A stretch of 64,000 bases of DNA from positions 167,312-231,311 of the forward strand of contig CAXXFV010000029.1 in the NCBI GenBank assembly GCA_963674595.2, given 5' to 3'. This document shows positions 55,731-64,000 of the stretch, in pieces. Within the stretch, counting starts at the first letter, position 1. Each line of letters starts with the position of its first letter. This DNA comes from a bacterium. GTDB lineage: Bacteria > Zhuqueibacterota > Zhuqueibacteria > Residuimicrobiales > Krinioviventaceae. A program made the translations under genes and the position numbers. Below the pieces are notes generated by a model that saw only the letters and a program-made list of their open reading frames with translations, was not told the origin of the DNA and ran no database searches.

Positions 55731-56057
55731 TATGACCTTTACCCGGATAAAGAGTGCCGAGTGAAAACGGCCGTATTCTGCTTTACCATTAAAGGTATGG
55801 AACCTTCGGATATCGGGTATATCCTTTAAAATAATTTCGGTATCGTGGTACGCTCCGGACTGCATGGCGCACCGCTTATCCACAAACATATCGGCACATT
55901 TCCGATCGGCTCCGTTCGTGTCAATCCGTCACATCTCACCAGTGATGATGAAATAGAGGCATTTACCGATGCCGTACATTTAAAAAATCCCGGGGAATAC
56001 CCGGCTGATATGTTTATTAAAAATATAGAAAAAATCAGGGAGCACAACCAGTCGTAA
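55731..56057 (+). pseudogene. Remnant of a class-V aminotransferase / cysteine desulfurase gene (C-terminal ~105 codons, with an in-frame stop)
   Basis: The frame reads ...FCFTIKGMEPSDIGYIL*NNFGIVVRSGLHGAPLIHKHIGTFPIGSVRVNPSHLTSDDEIEAFTDAV. This follows the SufS/CsdA-type C-terminus (GIavRaGhHCa.P...vRaS...yNt.eEid). There is a TAA at 55827, Gly replaces the conserved Cys, and no N-terminal part is present. Confidence 0.65.
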
Positions 56058-56342
56058 CAGCAGGCGTTACTTGCCGGATTAAATTGTGGGACCCGGCAAA
56101 TATACGATTTGATCCAGTAAGTTCACCCGCCAAAACAGGTTACACTAAAAATCATTATGGTTTGCCCCTGTTCAGTAAATATCTCTGGAAAAATATAATT
56201 ATTTTCCCTTGTAAAATATACAAAAATGTATAAATTGTGGAATAAAAACAATTTAATACTAATTTAGAATAGAAACCGACAATTTATCCGAACCTGGTGC
56301 GTACAAACCAGAGAGTATAACCTGGGTTACAGGAGACGGCGC

Positions 56343-56717
56343 ATGCCTTTTAAAATCGTATTTTTAGAAAATGATGGTATAGTCCACGTTACCTATTCCG
56401 GGACAGTGACTAAAGACAATCACTATTCGGCGTTAAAAGAAGCACTCGAATTATGCGCAGAAAAAAAATCCACAAAATTGCTTGTTGATTTTTCGAAACT
56501 GAACGAAGCAAAACTTTCCACTTTGGACGCATTTTCATTAGCTGAACACATCTCAACAATAAAACCAGTCATGCATATCGCCCATGTATACACCAAACAA
56601 CGCAAATACCACGAAAATATAAAATTTGCATCCAGCGTTGAAACCAATAGAGGCAAGATAACAGGAGAATTTAAAAGCGTTAAAGATGCATTGACCTGGC
56701 TGCGCAGCATTGGATAA
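56343..56717 (+). CDS. STAS-like (SpoIIAA-fold) hypothetical protein
   Basis: 124 aa. The pattern FKIVFLENDGIVHVTYSGTVTKDN...LLVDFSKL resembles STAS/DUF domains. Confidence 0.4.
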   Translation: MPFKIVFLENDGIVHVTYSGTVTKDNHYSALKEALELCAEKKSTKLLVDFSKLNEAKLSTLDAFSLAEHISTIKPVMHIAHVYTKQRKYHENIKFASSVETNRGKITGEFKSVKDALTWLRSIG

Positions 56718-56886
56718 AGCCGGCCCCATTAAAACAGAAAATTGTTTAAAAACAATTTCATTATGATTATCCAGGGGATTATTTTAAACTTTTTAAAAAA
56801 AGTCGTAAGCATTTTACTTGTTTTGGCGCTATAAAAATATGTGAAAATCGGGAATCCGGATAATAACTAAGAAAAGGGAGCGTAGA

Positions 56887-58683
56887 ATGATTTCGAAAAA
56901 AACTGGTCTCGTATGGAACCTCATCTCGTTTTGTATCATCATTTTAACCATTTCTGCATCAGCACAAGATCCCGGAACAAACACATTTACAGGAGCGGTA
57001 AACGCTAACTGGTATGAACCCGGCAACTGGAGCGAAGGACATTGTCCGACTTACAGCGATTATGTGCTTATTCCGGAAGGTAAAACCGTTGCTATCAATA
57101 CAGAGGGAGATAGAATTGATGCAAAGAATATTACAAATAATGGAACCATAAAAATTGAAAAAACCTCGTTTCAATCAATAGCTAGTATCAATGCCGGTAA
57201 CTATTTTACAAATAACGGGACCATTGAAGGTGACGATATTTATCTCACGATAACCGGATATAAGAACTTTGATAACAGAGGAACGATTAAAAGCAATGAC
57301 ACTGTTAAAATATTCTCGTCCGGAAAAGCAACCAATTTGGAAGCCGGAAAGATAACCGGAGGATCTCTTGAAATTTTTGGACTTAAAGGTATTGATAATA
57401 AAGGAGAGATGGTATCCGGCAATGCTACAGACACCAAAGAAGCCGGACACATTAACCTGTACGCAGGCGGCGAAGAGTATGAATCCGGTGATATAAATAA
57501 TTGGGGAATGATCCGCCTGGGTAACGGTGGATCAAATAGCAGAGGCGGTAAAGCACATATTACAGCAAAAAATGTCAACTGTTTTCCGGGCAGTTATCTT
57601 TTCGGAGGGATGGGAGCGGTATTCGGCGGTATTATTCGTATCAACGTTCGAGGTAAACTTGTTATCGCCGGAGAGTCTGCCACCGGAACAGGAATTCCGG
57701 CTGTTAAAAATCCAGCCAATCAAACCGAATTTGTAAATCTGGACGACTATACTTATTATAAAATGACGGGTGACACCATTATTTTTGCCGGGGCTATCAC
57801 AAACACCTATGGCGACTATATTTTGGCCCGGGCCAATGTAATTAAATTCGAAGCTGCCACCGGCAGCAATGTGTTAATGGCGGAAAACGGCATAACACTG
57901 GAAACCCCGCCGGGAGGAACCATTGATTTTTCCGGACTCACCACTGAAAATTCCATCTCCACAACCAGTGATTCCATATTTCTGTACAGCGACTACATCG
58001 TCCCCCCTGCCGCCGGCATCGGCAGCATTTCCGAACAGCCTGTAGTGCCGCAAGCCGCTAATGATGAACAGGTCGATGCAGAGCTGTTGTGCTTGGGACA
58101 AAAACATGCTACATTAACAGCAGACACAGTGATATATAACCTTCAAAATACCGGAACGAAAGAACAGAGTTTTAGCTATTCTGTTTCTTCAGAACTGGGT
58201 TCCTGCACAGCAGAAGGCAGCACCCCGGTATTAGGTCCCTTTGAATCAACCATTCTGGAAGTACTTCTCTACAGACCGGAAAACGTAACAACAGACACCC
58301 TTGATACCCTGACCCTGACAGTTTCAGGCGATAACGATTTTTCCACATCACTAACGACAACTGTTTCTATCTCAAAGGACATAATCATCAGTGATGTTCC
58401 TGAAAAAGCAGCCATGCCGGAAAACTATTTTATGGTCCGCACGTTTCCAAATCCGTTTAATCCGGCAACAAACGTCGTGTTTAATCTGGATAAATTACAA
58501 AACGTATCCTTTAAAGTTGTAAATGTTATGGGCAAGGTGGTATATCAACAAAAACTGGGACGATTAAATGCCGGTGAACACACTATATCCTGGGACGGGT
58601 CTCAATATGCTTCCGGTACCTATTATATGGTCATTGAAACCGAATCCGCAAAATGTGTAACAAAAGCGTTAATGCTGAAATAA
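56887..58683 (+). CDS. Secreted beta-helix-like repeat protein with T9SS C-terminal sorting domain
   Basis: 598 aa with a signal peptide. Repeats of the type N.G.I.. (NNGTIKIE, NNGTIEGD, NRGTIKSN). C-terminus: FPNPFNPATNVVFNL...GTYYMVIE...KALMLK. Confidence 0.65.
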   Translation: MISKKTGLVWNLISFCIIILTISASAQDPGTNTFTGAVNANWYEPGNWSEGHCPTYSDYVLIPEGKTVAINTEGDRIDAKNITNNGTIKIEKTSFQSIASINAGNYFTNNGTIEGDDIYLTITGYKNFDNRGTIKSNDTVKIFSSGKATNLEAGKITGGSLEIFGLKGIDNKGEMVSGNATDTKEAGHINLYAGGEEYESGDINNWGMIRLGNGGSNSRGGKAHITAKNVNCFPGSYLFGGMGAVFGGIIRINVRGKLVIAGESATGTGIPAVKNPANQTEFVNLDDYTYYKMTGDTIIFAGAITNTYGDYILARANVIKFEAATGSNVLMAENGITLETPPGGTIDFSGLTTENSISTTSDSIFLYSDYIVPPAAGIGSISEQPVVPQAANDEQVDAELLCLGQKHATLTADTVIYNLQNTGTKEQSFSYSVSSELGSCTAEGSTPVLGPFESTILEVLLYRPENVTTDTLDTLTLTVSGDNDFSTSLTTTVSISKDIIISDVPEKAAMPENYFMVRTFPNPFNPATNVVFNLDKLQNVSFKVVNVMGKVVYQQKLGRLNAGEHTISWDGSQYASGTYYMVIETESAKCVTKALMLK

Positions 58684-58954
58684 ATAGTTTGAATACCGGG
58701 CCCCTGGTCAGGGTCCGGTAAACCTGTTAAAAATACAAAAAAACAAAATAGAGAAGTAAATAATATAGTTATTATTATATTATGGACAGGTAACGAATAT
58801 TCTATTCTATTCTATTCAACCCCGGCTCGGTAAAGAAATTAATTTTCAGAGCTATACTCCAGTCTATTCCACAATTCTATGATCCGCAACCTTGCAACAG
58901 CTTTGAATGTTATACCTAATTTTTAAGGGACTAACAAAGTAAGGAAACAGGACC

Positions 58955-59704
58955 ATGGCAAACGCAAATTTCTCAACGTTATACAAAAATGCTCATTTCA
59001 AGGCAACTCATAATTCCTATTCCGGAGACAAAGGTGGATTAAGGGGACCTATAAGAAAACAGTTGGATTCCGGTATACGATTTTTAGAGCTTGATGTTCA
59101 TGCAAAAGGAGAACAGTTTGAAATAGGACACAGCAAAATTGGAGATCAAGTTGATAATAATGGTGAAAATCCACGAACGACAGAATTTAGCGCATGGCTT
59201 GAAATTATTGCTCAATGGTCGAATGAACATACAAATCACGTTCCGATAACAATTGGACTTGATGTCAAAAGTAATCTGTTAATACAAAATGGGGTAATTA
59301 TCAAATTTGAAAATTTGATTAAAGAAATATTCAAAAACAAACTTTACCCGGCCCACAAATTTAAAAAAAATGAGACAACAATCGAACATCTTTTAGACCG
59401 GGTGCTTGTCGTTCTTTCAGGCAATGCGGAAACGCGTTCAATCTATCAAAACTCTTCCGTAAACAAATCACTCTTTGTAGAACTTAAAAAGGGAGAAAGT
59501 AACAAATTAGATAATAATATTTTTTATGCTGCAAGGTCCAGATTTGCATCATGGGGCCAGGAACAAAAAGAAAGAGGAAAGATTGTACGAATCTGGGAAT
59601 TTGATGAAAAGAGCACAAATGTCGATATAAATTTTCCGGCGACAGATGATCCCTATTCGGATTGGTATCAGGACTATTGTAAAAGAATCAATACAATTTC
59701 TTAG
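58955..59704 (+). CDS. PI-PLC X-domain-like phosphodiesterase
   Basis: 249 aa. ATHNSYSG...GIRFLELDVH is the PLC-like phosphodiesterase catalytic pattern. No signal peptide seen. Confidence 0.55.
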   Translation: MANANFSTLYKNAHFKATHNSYSGDKGGLRGPIRKQLDSGIRFLELDVHAKGEQFEIGHSKIGDQVDNNGENPRTTEFSAWLEIIAQWSNEHTNHVPITIGLDVKSNLLIQNGVIIKFENLIKEIFKNKLYPAHKFKKNETTIEHLLDRVLVVLSGNAETRSIYQNSSVNKSLFVELKKGESNKLDNNIFYAARSRFASWGQEQKERGKIVRIWEFDEKSTNVDINFPATDDPYSDWYQDYCKRINTIS

Positions 59705-59760
59705 TTTTTATTGATATAATCATTAATTCGGCTGAACCGGCTGAAAGAAAGTGAGGAATT

Positions 59761-61203
59761 ATGAATATAAGAAAGAGTTTTGGTCTGGCAGGGGTCCTTG
59801 TACTGTTGCTGCTTTTTACAGACAGTTTAATCTACGCACAAAACTGGCCAATGGTAAATGCAAACAAAGAACGGACATCCTGGGCGTCTAAAGAAACCAC
59901 ACTTTATCCGCCGCTTGAACAGAAAAAGGAAATTGCCGTCAAGTCGGAAGGGGATTATATCGTTCTCAATTACATAACAGTCTATGAAAATCTGCTTGCC
60001 TTGGGAGTCGGCAGATATCCAAATGTTCTGGAGGCAGCGGATATTTCCAGCGGTGACACATTGTGGACGTTTGAGGTTCCTGAGTCAAGAGCAAGTATGA
60101 ATTTTGCCTGCGCTCAAAACGATTCCATGATTTTTGCCGGAGGCCAGCAAGGTTTGGGGCTTTATGCATTAAACAAATCGACAGGCGAGCTAAAATGGAG
60201 TAAACCCATGGGCACACTTTATACAAAAAGCCCAATACTCGATAATGAGTATTTATACATTTTAGGAGACAGTCTGTATTGTTTATCCATAAAAGACGGG
60301 GCAACAATCTGGTCCAAATATCTCAAAATTCAGGGTACCCCGACTGTAGATGATTTATATGCCTATATTATTGGAAAAGGTAAAATACAACTATTTGATA
60401 AAATGACCGGAGAACTGGAATGGTGGAAACCAAATACCCAAAATTCCGGGAGTGGATTAACGCTGGATGAGCAATGTTTTTATACATTCTCAAGTGATAC
60501 AATATATGCCCACGTAAAAGAGAGCAAGAATATAAAATGGTTCTTTCATAATCCAGGGCATACAATTATTTGCGGAGGACAAAATGCATTTGCTGTTGCA
60601 GAAACTAAATTATGCATTACCATGGAAGACACTGCAAACTCGCAGGTAAAGCTCGTTACGTTAAATAAAGAAAACGGAGAGCTTTTATGGGACCATACCT
60701 TTTCCGGTAACTGGCTTTATACGCCAACAATTGCCAATGGTGTTGTTTATATCGTTTCAGTTGAAGGGGATTTGTATGCTTTTGACCTGGAAACCGGAAC
60801 ACAGATGTTTTACGATAATTCAAATAATTATCATTATCAAACTGCTGTTGCAAATCATGAGCTTTATGTGCCGACACGATCCAAAGTCGTTATATTTGGC
60901 AACGAAGATACAGGTATAGATAAAAACCATTCATTGCCGCAGGGTATCGAACTTTTGCAAAATTATCCCAATCCCTTTAATCCGGCAACAACAATAAAAT
61001 TTTACCTGTCTGAAAATGAATTTGTTACCTTGGCCATTTATGACAATCTTGGCAGAAAAATAAAGACGCTTTTAAATGAAAAAAGAGCAAAAGGGCATCA
61101 CAGGGTTAATTTTGACGGCAGCGATTTGTCGAGCGGTATATACTATTGCCGGCTCTCGGCAGGTTCGTTTGTCAACACAAAAAAATTATTACTACTTAAA
61201 TAA
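59761..61203 (+). CDS. PQQ-like beta-propeller repeat protein with T9SS C-terminal sorting domain
   Basis: 480 aa with a signal peptide. Repeats of the type G.(L/I)(K/E/L)W. C-terminus: LLQNYPNPFNPATTIKFYL...GIYYCRL...KKLLLLK. Confidence 0.7.
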   Translation: MNIRKSFGLAGVLVLLLLFTDSLIYAQNWPMVNANKERTSWASKETTLYPPLEQKKEIAVKSEGDYIVLNYITVYENLLALGVGRYPNVLEAADISSGDTLWTFEVPESRASMNFACAQNDSMIFAGGQQGLGLYALNKSTGELKWSKPMGTLYTKSPILDNEYLYILGDSLYCLSIKDGATIWSKYLKIQGTPTVDDLYAYIIGKGKIQLFDKMTGELEWWKPNTQNSGSGLTLDEQCFYTFSSDTIYAHVKESKNIKWFFHNPGHTIICGGQNAFAVAETKLCITMEDTANSQVKLVTLNKENGELLWDHTFSGNWLYTPTIANGVVYIVSVEGDLYAFDLETGTQMFYDNSNNYHYQTAVANHELYVPTRSKVVIFGNEDTGIDKNHSLPQGIELLQNYPNPFNPATTIKFYLSENEFVTLAIYDNLGRKIKTLLNEKRAKGHHRVNFDGSDLSSGIYYCRLSAGSFVNTKKLLLLK

Positions 61204-61291
61204 AACAACAACAATTAACAGCGACACCGGATTGAGCAGATTTAATACATGCTGTTCAATCCGGGCTTGCACATTGAAAGGGGTAAACCTG

Positions 61292-61876
61292 ATGGATATT
61301 AAAAATATCATCACTCAAACAATAGAGGGACTGAAAGAGAAAGCCAGTAAAGATAATTCACAAGGTTCAGAAATGGACAGAAATAAAAAGAGAGCCAAAA
61401 TGTGGGTTGAATCGCTGGCAAACAATTTAAAAGAGGCTGTGGATAAAGACGCCCTTATGTTTTACAAAGGTTATGAAGAAAATAAAGAACAGTTCGGTTT
61501 AACGGAATACCTTCACGACATTTTGATCTGCACCACTGAAAAGCTTCCATCACCTGGAAAAGGAAAAGAACTACAAACTGTAAAAAGAGTGATCTGGCAA
61601 ATTGAATCGGAATTAATCGCAAGCAGAGATACCAGAACATTACTTACAGATTTTAACAAACTCACGCTCGGTTCTGCTCAAAACAAACTTTTTGTTATGA
61701 GCCATGCAAAAAACAACAGTAATAAAGAGTTACTAAAATTCTTTGAAAAACCGGCATCCTTTTGTTCAGGGAATCTTTATTTAGCATTTATCCCGCATCC
61801 GGGTGTGTGGACGACAAGTAAGGATAAAGCAGAAGTTTATGAATATGTATCGCACTGGAAAACAATTGATTTATAA
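61292..61876 (+). CDS. Hypothetical protein (possible PD-(D/E)xK-like fold; weak)
   Basis: The start was trimmed from 61076 (which overlaps the previous gene) to ATG 61292, which has a GAAAGGGG RBS. Motif spacing YLHDILIC ... IWQIESEL ... DFNKL. Confidence 0.45.
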   Translation: MDIKNIITQTIEGLKEKASKDNSQGSEMDRNKKRAKMWVESLANNLKEAVDKDALMFYKGYEENKEQFGLTEYLHDILICTTEKLPSPGKGKELQTVKRVIWQIESELIASRDTRTLLTDFNKLTLGSAQNKLFVMSHAKNNSNKELLKFFEKPASFCSGNLYLAFIPHPGVWTTSKDKAEVYEYVSHWKTIDL

Positions 61877-62014
61877 ACAGGACGGTCATAAAATTCCTTA
61901 TTATAAAAATAAAGGGAGAAACCAGAACACTCTTGCCGCAAGGATGGTATATTATTTAAAAAGCCCTTGCACCAGGGACACGAAATTTGTATCATTTATT
62001 TGTCAGAATGAGAG

Positions 62015-62800
62015 TTGTATCAACATCAAAAATTGGAGCATCTCTTGAAAAAAAGACAAAAAGTCAGACTTGGAATTTTACTCTTTTCCTTTTTTTTATT
62101 TCCGGTTACATTTTACTATCTGTCACCCTACCTCATTGTCCAGGCAACCAGTGAAGGCATCATCAACGGAAGTTTTATTTTATTTTCCCTTTTATTTTTA
62201 TCATCATTAATATTGGGACGCGCTTTTTGCGGCTGGGTATGCCCGGCAGCAGGCTGTCAGGAGGTAATCACCAATGTACGTGAAAAAAGGGTAATCAAAG
62301 ACAACTGGATAAAATGGGTGATATGGCTTCCATGGATTTCGGCAATTATTGTCATGGCGGTTCGAAACCATGGGTATGACAAAGTTAATTTCCTATATCA
62401 AACAACCTATGGTTTTTCCATTAATAATATTTATTCGAGTATTACCTATGTTTTTGTCCTGCTGCTCATCGTACTTCCGGCCTTTATAATCGGCAAACGA
62501 TCATTTTGCCACCACATTTGCTGGATGGCTCCCTTTATGATCATCGGCAGAAAAATCCGAAACCTGTTTAAATGGCCGGCCCTGCAGCTCGTTGCGGACA
62601 AGGACCAATGCACACAATGCCAGACATGCACCAATCATTGTCCGATGAGTCTGCCGGTAAACAAGATGGTCCAGTCAAGTCACATGGAAAACGCGGAATG
62701 TATATTGTGCGGTTCCTGTATCGACGGCTGTCCCCAGAGTGTCATTCATTATAAATTCACCCATACCAAAAATCCAACCCGGGACACAAACAAGGGATAA
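62015..62800 (+). CDS. Membrane 4Fe-4S ferredoxin-type protein (NapH/MauN-like)
   Basis: CGWVCPAAGC, SFCHHICWMAPF, CTQCQTCTNHCP and CILCGSCIDGCP cysteine clusters, plus TM helices. Start codon is uncertain (TTG). Confidence 0.7.
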   Translation: MYQHQKLEHLLKKRQKVRLGILLFSFFLFPVTFYYLSPYLIVQATSEGIINGSFILFSLLFLSSLILGRAFCGWVCPAAGCQEVITNVREKRVIKDNWIKWVIWLPWISAIIVMAVRNHGYDKVNFLYQTTYGFSINNIYSSITYVFVLLLIVLPAFIIGKRSFCHHICWMAPFMIIGRKIRNLFKWPALQLVADKDQCTQCQTCTNHCPMSLPVNKMVQSSHMENAECILCGSCIDGCPQSVIHYKFTHTKNPTRDTNKG

Positions 62801-63027
62801 CATATTATTTTAAAAATACCTTGCGCTAATATTTCAGAATTCGTATTATTGATTTATTATTTTAAGGATTGTTTTTCATCATGATTTGACCGGGCAGGGG
62901 TGTTCCTGATTTTTCACATATAAAATGTGATTTAACAGTACACACAAGGAAGAAATTGAGCCGGTCACAAAATCACAATCCGGTTATTTCACGTCAAAAT
63001 TTTTGGGTGGGTAAAGAGCATGGATAA
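62799..63027 (+). ncRNA. Candidate structured leader/sRNA element, copy 3 of 3
   Basis: See 45028-45284. It starts at the stop codon of the preceding gene and ends about 100 nt before the secreted-protein gene at 63129. It contains a perfect tgtgattt/aaatcaca helix around the acacacaaggaag block. Confidence 0.4.
62821..62849 (+). promoter_or_regulatory. Sigma70-like promoter of element copy 3
   Basis: TTGCGC-17 nt-TATTAT. Confidence 0.5.
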
Positions 63028-63037
63028 TTGATATTAG

Positions 63038-63085
63038 CAAGGTGCCGCTCCTGCCGCACCATCTATAACCGATATAAAAAATACC
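63038..63085 (+). repeat. Upstream hairpin motif, copy 4
   Basis: caaggtgccgctcctgccgcaccatctataaccgatataaaaaatacc, located 44 nt upstream of the ATG at 63129. Confidence 0.5.
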
Positions 63086-63128
63086 GAGTAACATAAATAC
63101 ATTTGATCTGCAACTTTATTAAACAGGA

Positions 63129-64000
63129 ATGAATATGAAAATAATGAAAATAGGTGTCTGTCTTTTAGCGCTGCAGGCAAGCTATGTCGGAACGCCATTG
63201 TATGCGCAGCAGTTGCCGGCTGGTTACGAAGTAAGGTATTTTTCAAAAAACCCGCAAGCCAACGGTGAAACTGATTTTAAAGGAGAAACGTCAACTTTAA
63301 ATACGGACCAGCGTATTGAATTCCTGAAATTTTATGCCGACCAGGTTTCAACATATTATGGAGATAAAGACCTTGATACTAAAGTGGTTAGCAACAAAGA
63401 GGCCCTCGATTTTTTTAACAGTATAAAACCCCAGCCTCTTCCTTCCATCAGAAAAAGAGTAAATCTTGGTCAATGGAAATGGCTGAGTTCCAAAAAAGGA
63501 AAATGTCAAGAAAGCATCCAAAAACTTTTAAAATTCAACGGTGCAAAAGATATTCTGTTAAAAGAGGGCGTGCTGAATTTTCAAAACAATGCCGCATGGA
63601 AGTGGAATTTCCCGGCACAAACATGGCGTTTTTCCCTCCAATGGAAGGCCCGTTTGCTGGATGACAATTCAAACGCTGAATTCCTGTTGCTTGATGGCAG
63701 AACAGATAAAATATTCGCAAAAATTGAAATGATTAAAAATACCTGCTCCTACTATTCCCTGGGCGAAAAAATGCAGGCGACCCGCTGCCGCACTGGTGCC
63801 TGGTACGATATCAAAATCGAGGCGGACCTGGACGGTGACGACGGCAGACCGCATTATAATGTGTTTATCAACGGAGAACAGGTTGGCGATTATGTTGCTG
63901 CGAACGAAATCACCGGTCAAATCGATGCTTTTATGGTTAAAACCTCGGGAGGGATTGAAACGGATGAACTGTACGGCGTTGGCTATCACAAAACCACGGA
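63129..64000 (+). CDS. Hypothetical secreted protein, partial (continues beyond the window)
   Basis: Manual translation from ATG 63129 (alternative start 63135) is open to the window end: MNMKIMKIGVCLLALQASYVGTPLYAQQLPAGYEVRYFSKNPQANGETDFKGE... It is absent from the ORF track because there is no stop codon. Confidence 0.6.
   Translation, partial: MNMKIMKIGVCLLALQASYVGTPLYAQQLPAGYEVRYFSKNPQANGETDFKGETSTLNTDQRIEFLKFYADQVSTYYGDKDLDTKVVSNKEALDFFNSIKPQPLPSIRKRVNLGQWKWLSSKKGKCQESIQKLLKFNGAKDILLKEGVLNFQNNAAWKWNFPAQTWRFSLQWKARLLDDNSNAEFLLLDGRTDKIFAKIEMIKNTCSYYSLGEKMQATRCRTGAWYDIKIEADLDGDDGRPHYNVFINGEQVGDYVAANEITGQIDAFMVKTSGGIETDELYGVGYHKTT

Noticed and set aside
58799-58817. (ATTCT)x3.8 microsatellite
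   Set aside because: Real, but very short and intergenic, with no obvious link to a promoter or ORF. It is not interesting on its own.

Overview
Bacterial chromosomal window. I saw no rRNA, tRNA or CRISPR array by eye. Taxon guess: an FCB-superphylum organism (Ignavibacteria/Calditrichota/Marinimicrobia-like). At least four proteins end in a T9SS C-terminal sorting domain (YPNPFNP.T...), yet the promoters I can see look sigma70-like.

Layout:
- 0-3.3 kb: Usp-like protein, cupin, and an SSF symporter followed by three tiny membrane ORFs.
- 3.3-7.1 kb: a 6x tandem array of a ~280-bp non-coding unit, a solo copy of its core at 6.27 kb, and two AT-rich orphan genes.
- 7.3-14 kb: sugar-acid-type genes (esterase-like hydrolase, GntP permease, two DHDPS/NAL-family enzymes) interrupted by a MntA/HepT toxin-antitoxin pair.
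- 14-17.4 kb: housekeeping genes (flavoprotein, TypA/BipA).
- 17.6-27.5 kb: AT-rich accessory island with an IS3 element (A6G frameshift site), an IS200-like Y1 transposase (RAYT) flanked by REP hairpins, DUF3800, SIMPL, a cupin and orphan lipoproteins.
- 28.4-38.4 kb: glycan utilisation genes (TIM-barrel isomerase-like, GH29 fucosidase, PatB/MalY-like lyase, frameshifted MFS sugar porter, heparinase II/III-like, GH127).
- 38.5-45 kb: membrane-embedded spermidine-synthase-like protein, divergent AspC-like aminotransferase, Q/N-rich secreted protein, Ste24-type protease.
- 45-64 kb: island of secreted/T9SS-cargo proteins interspersed with RAYT-derived MITE-like elements.

The best candidates for something undescribed are the tandem array and a ~230-260-bp intergenic element present in three copies (starting at 45028, 54201 and 62799). 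Each copy carries its own well-spaced promoter.

All protein calls come from motif recognition in the supplied translations. No database search, folding or statistics could be run.
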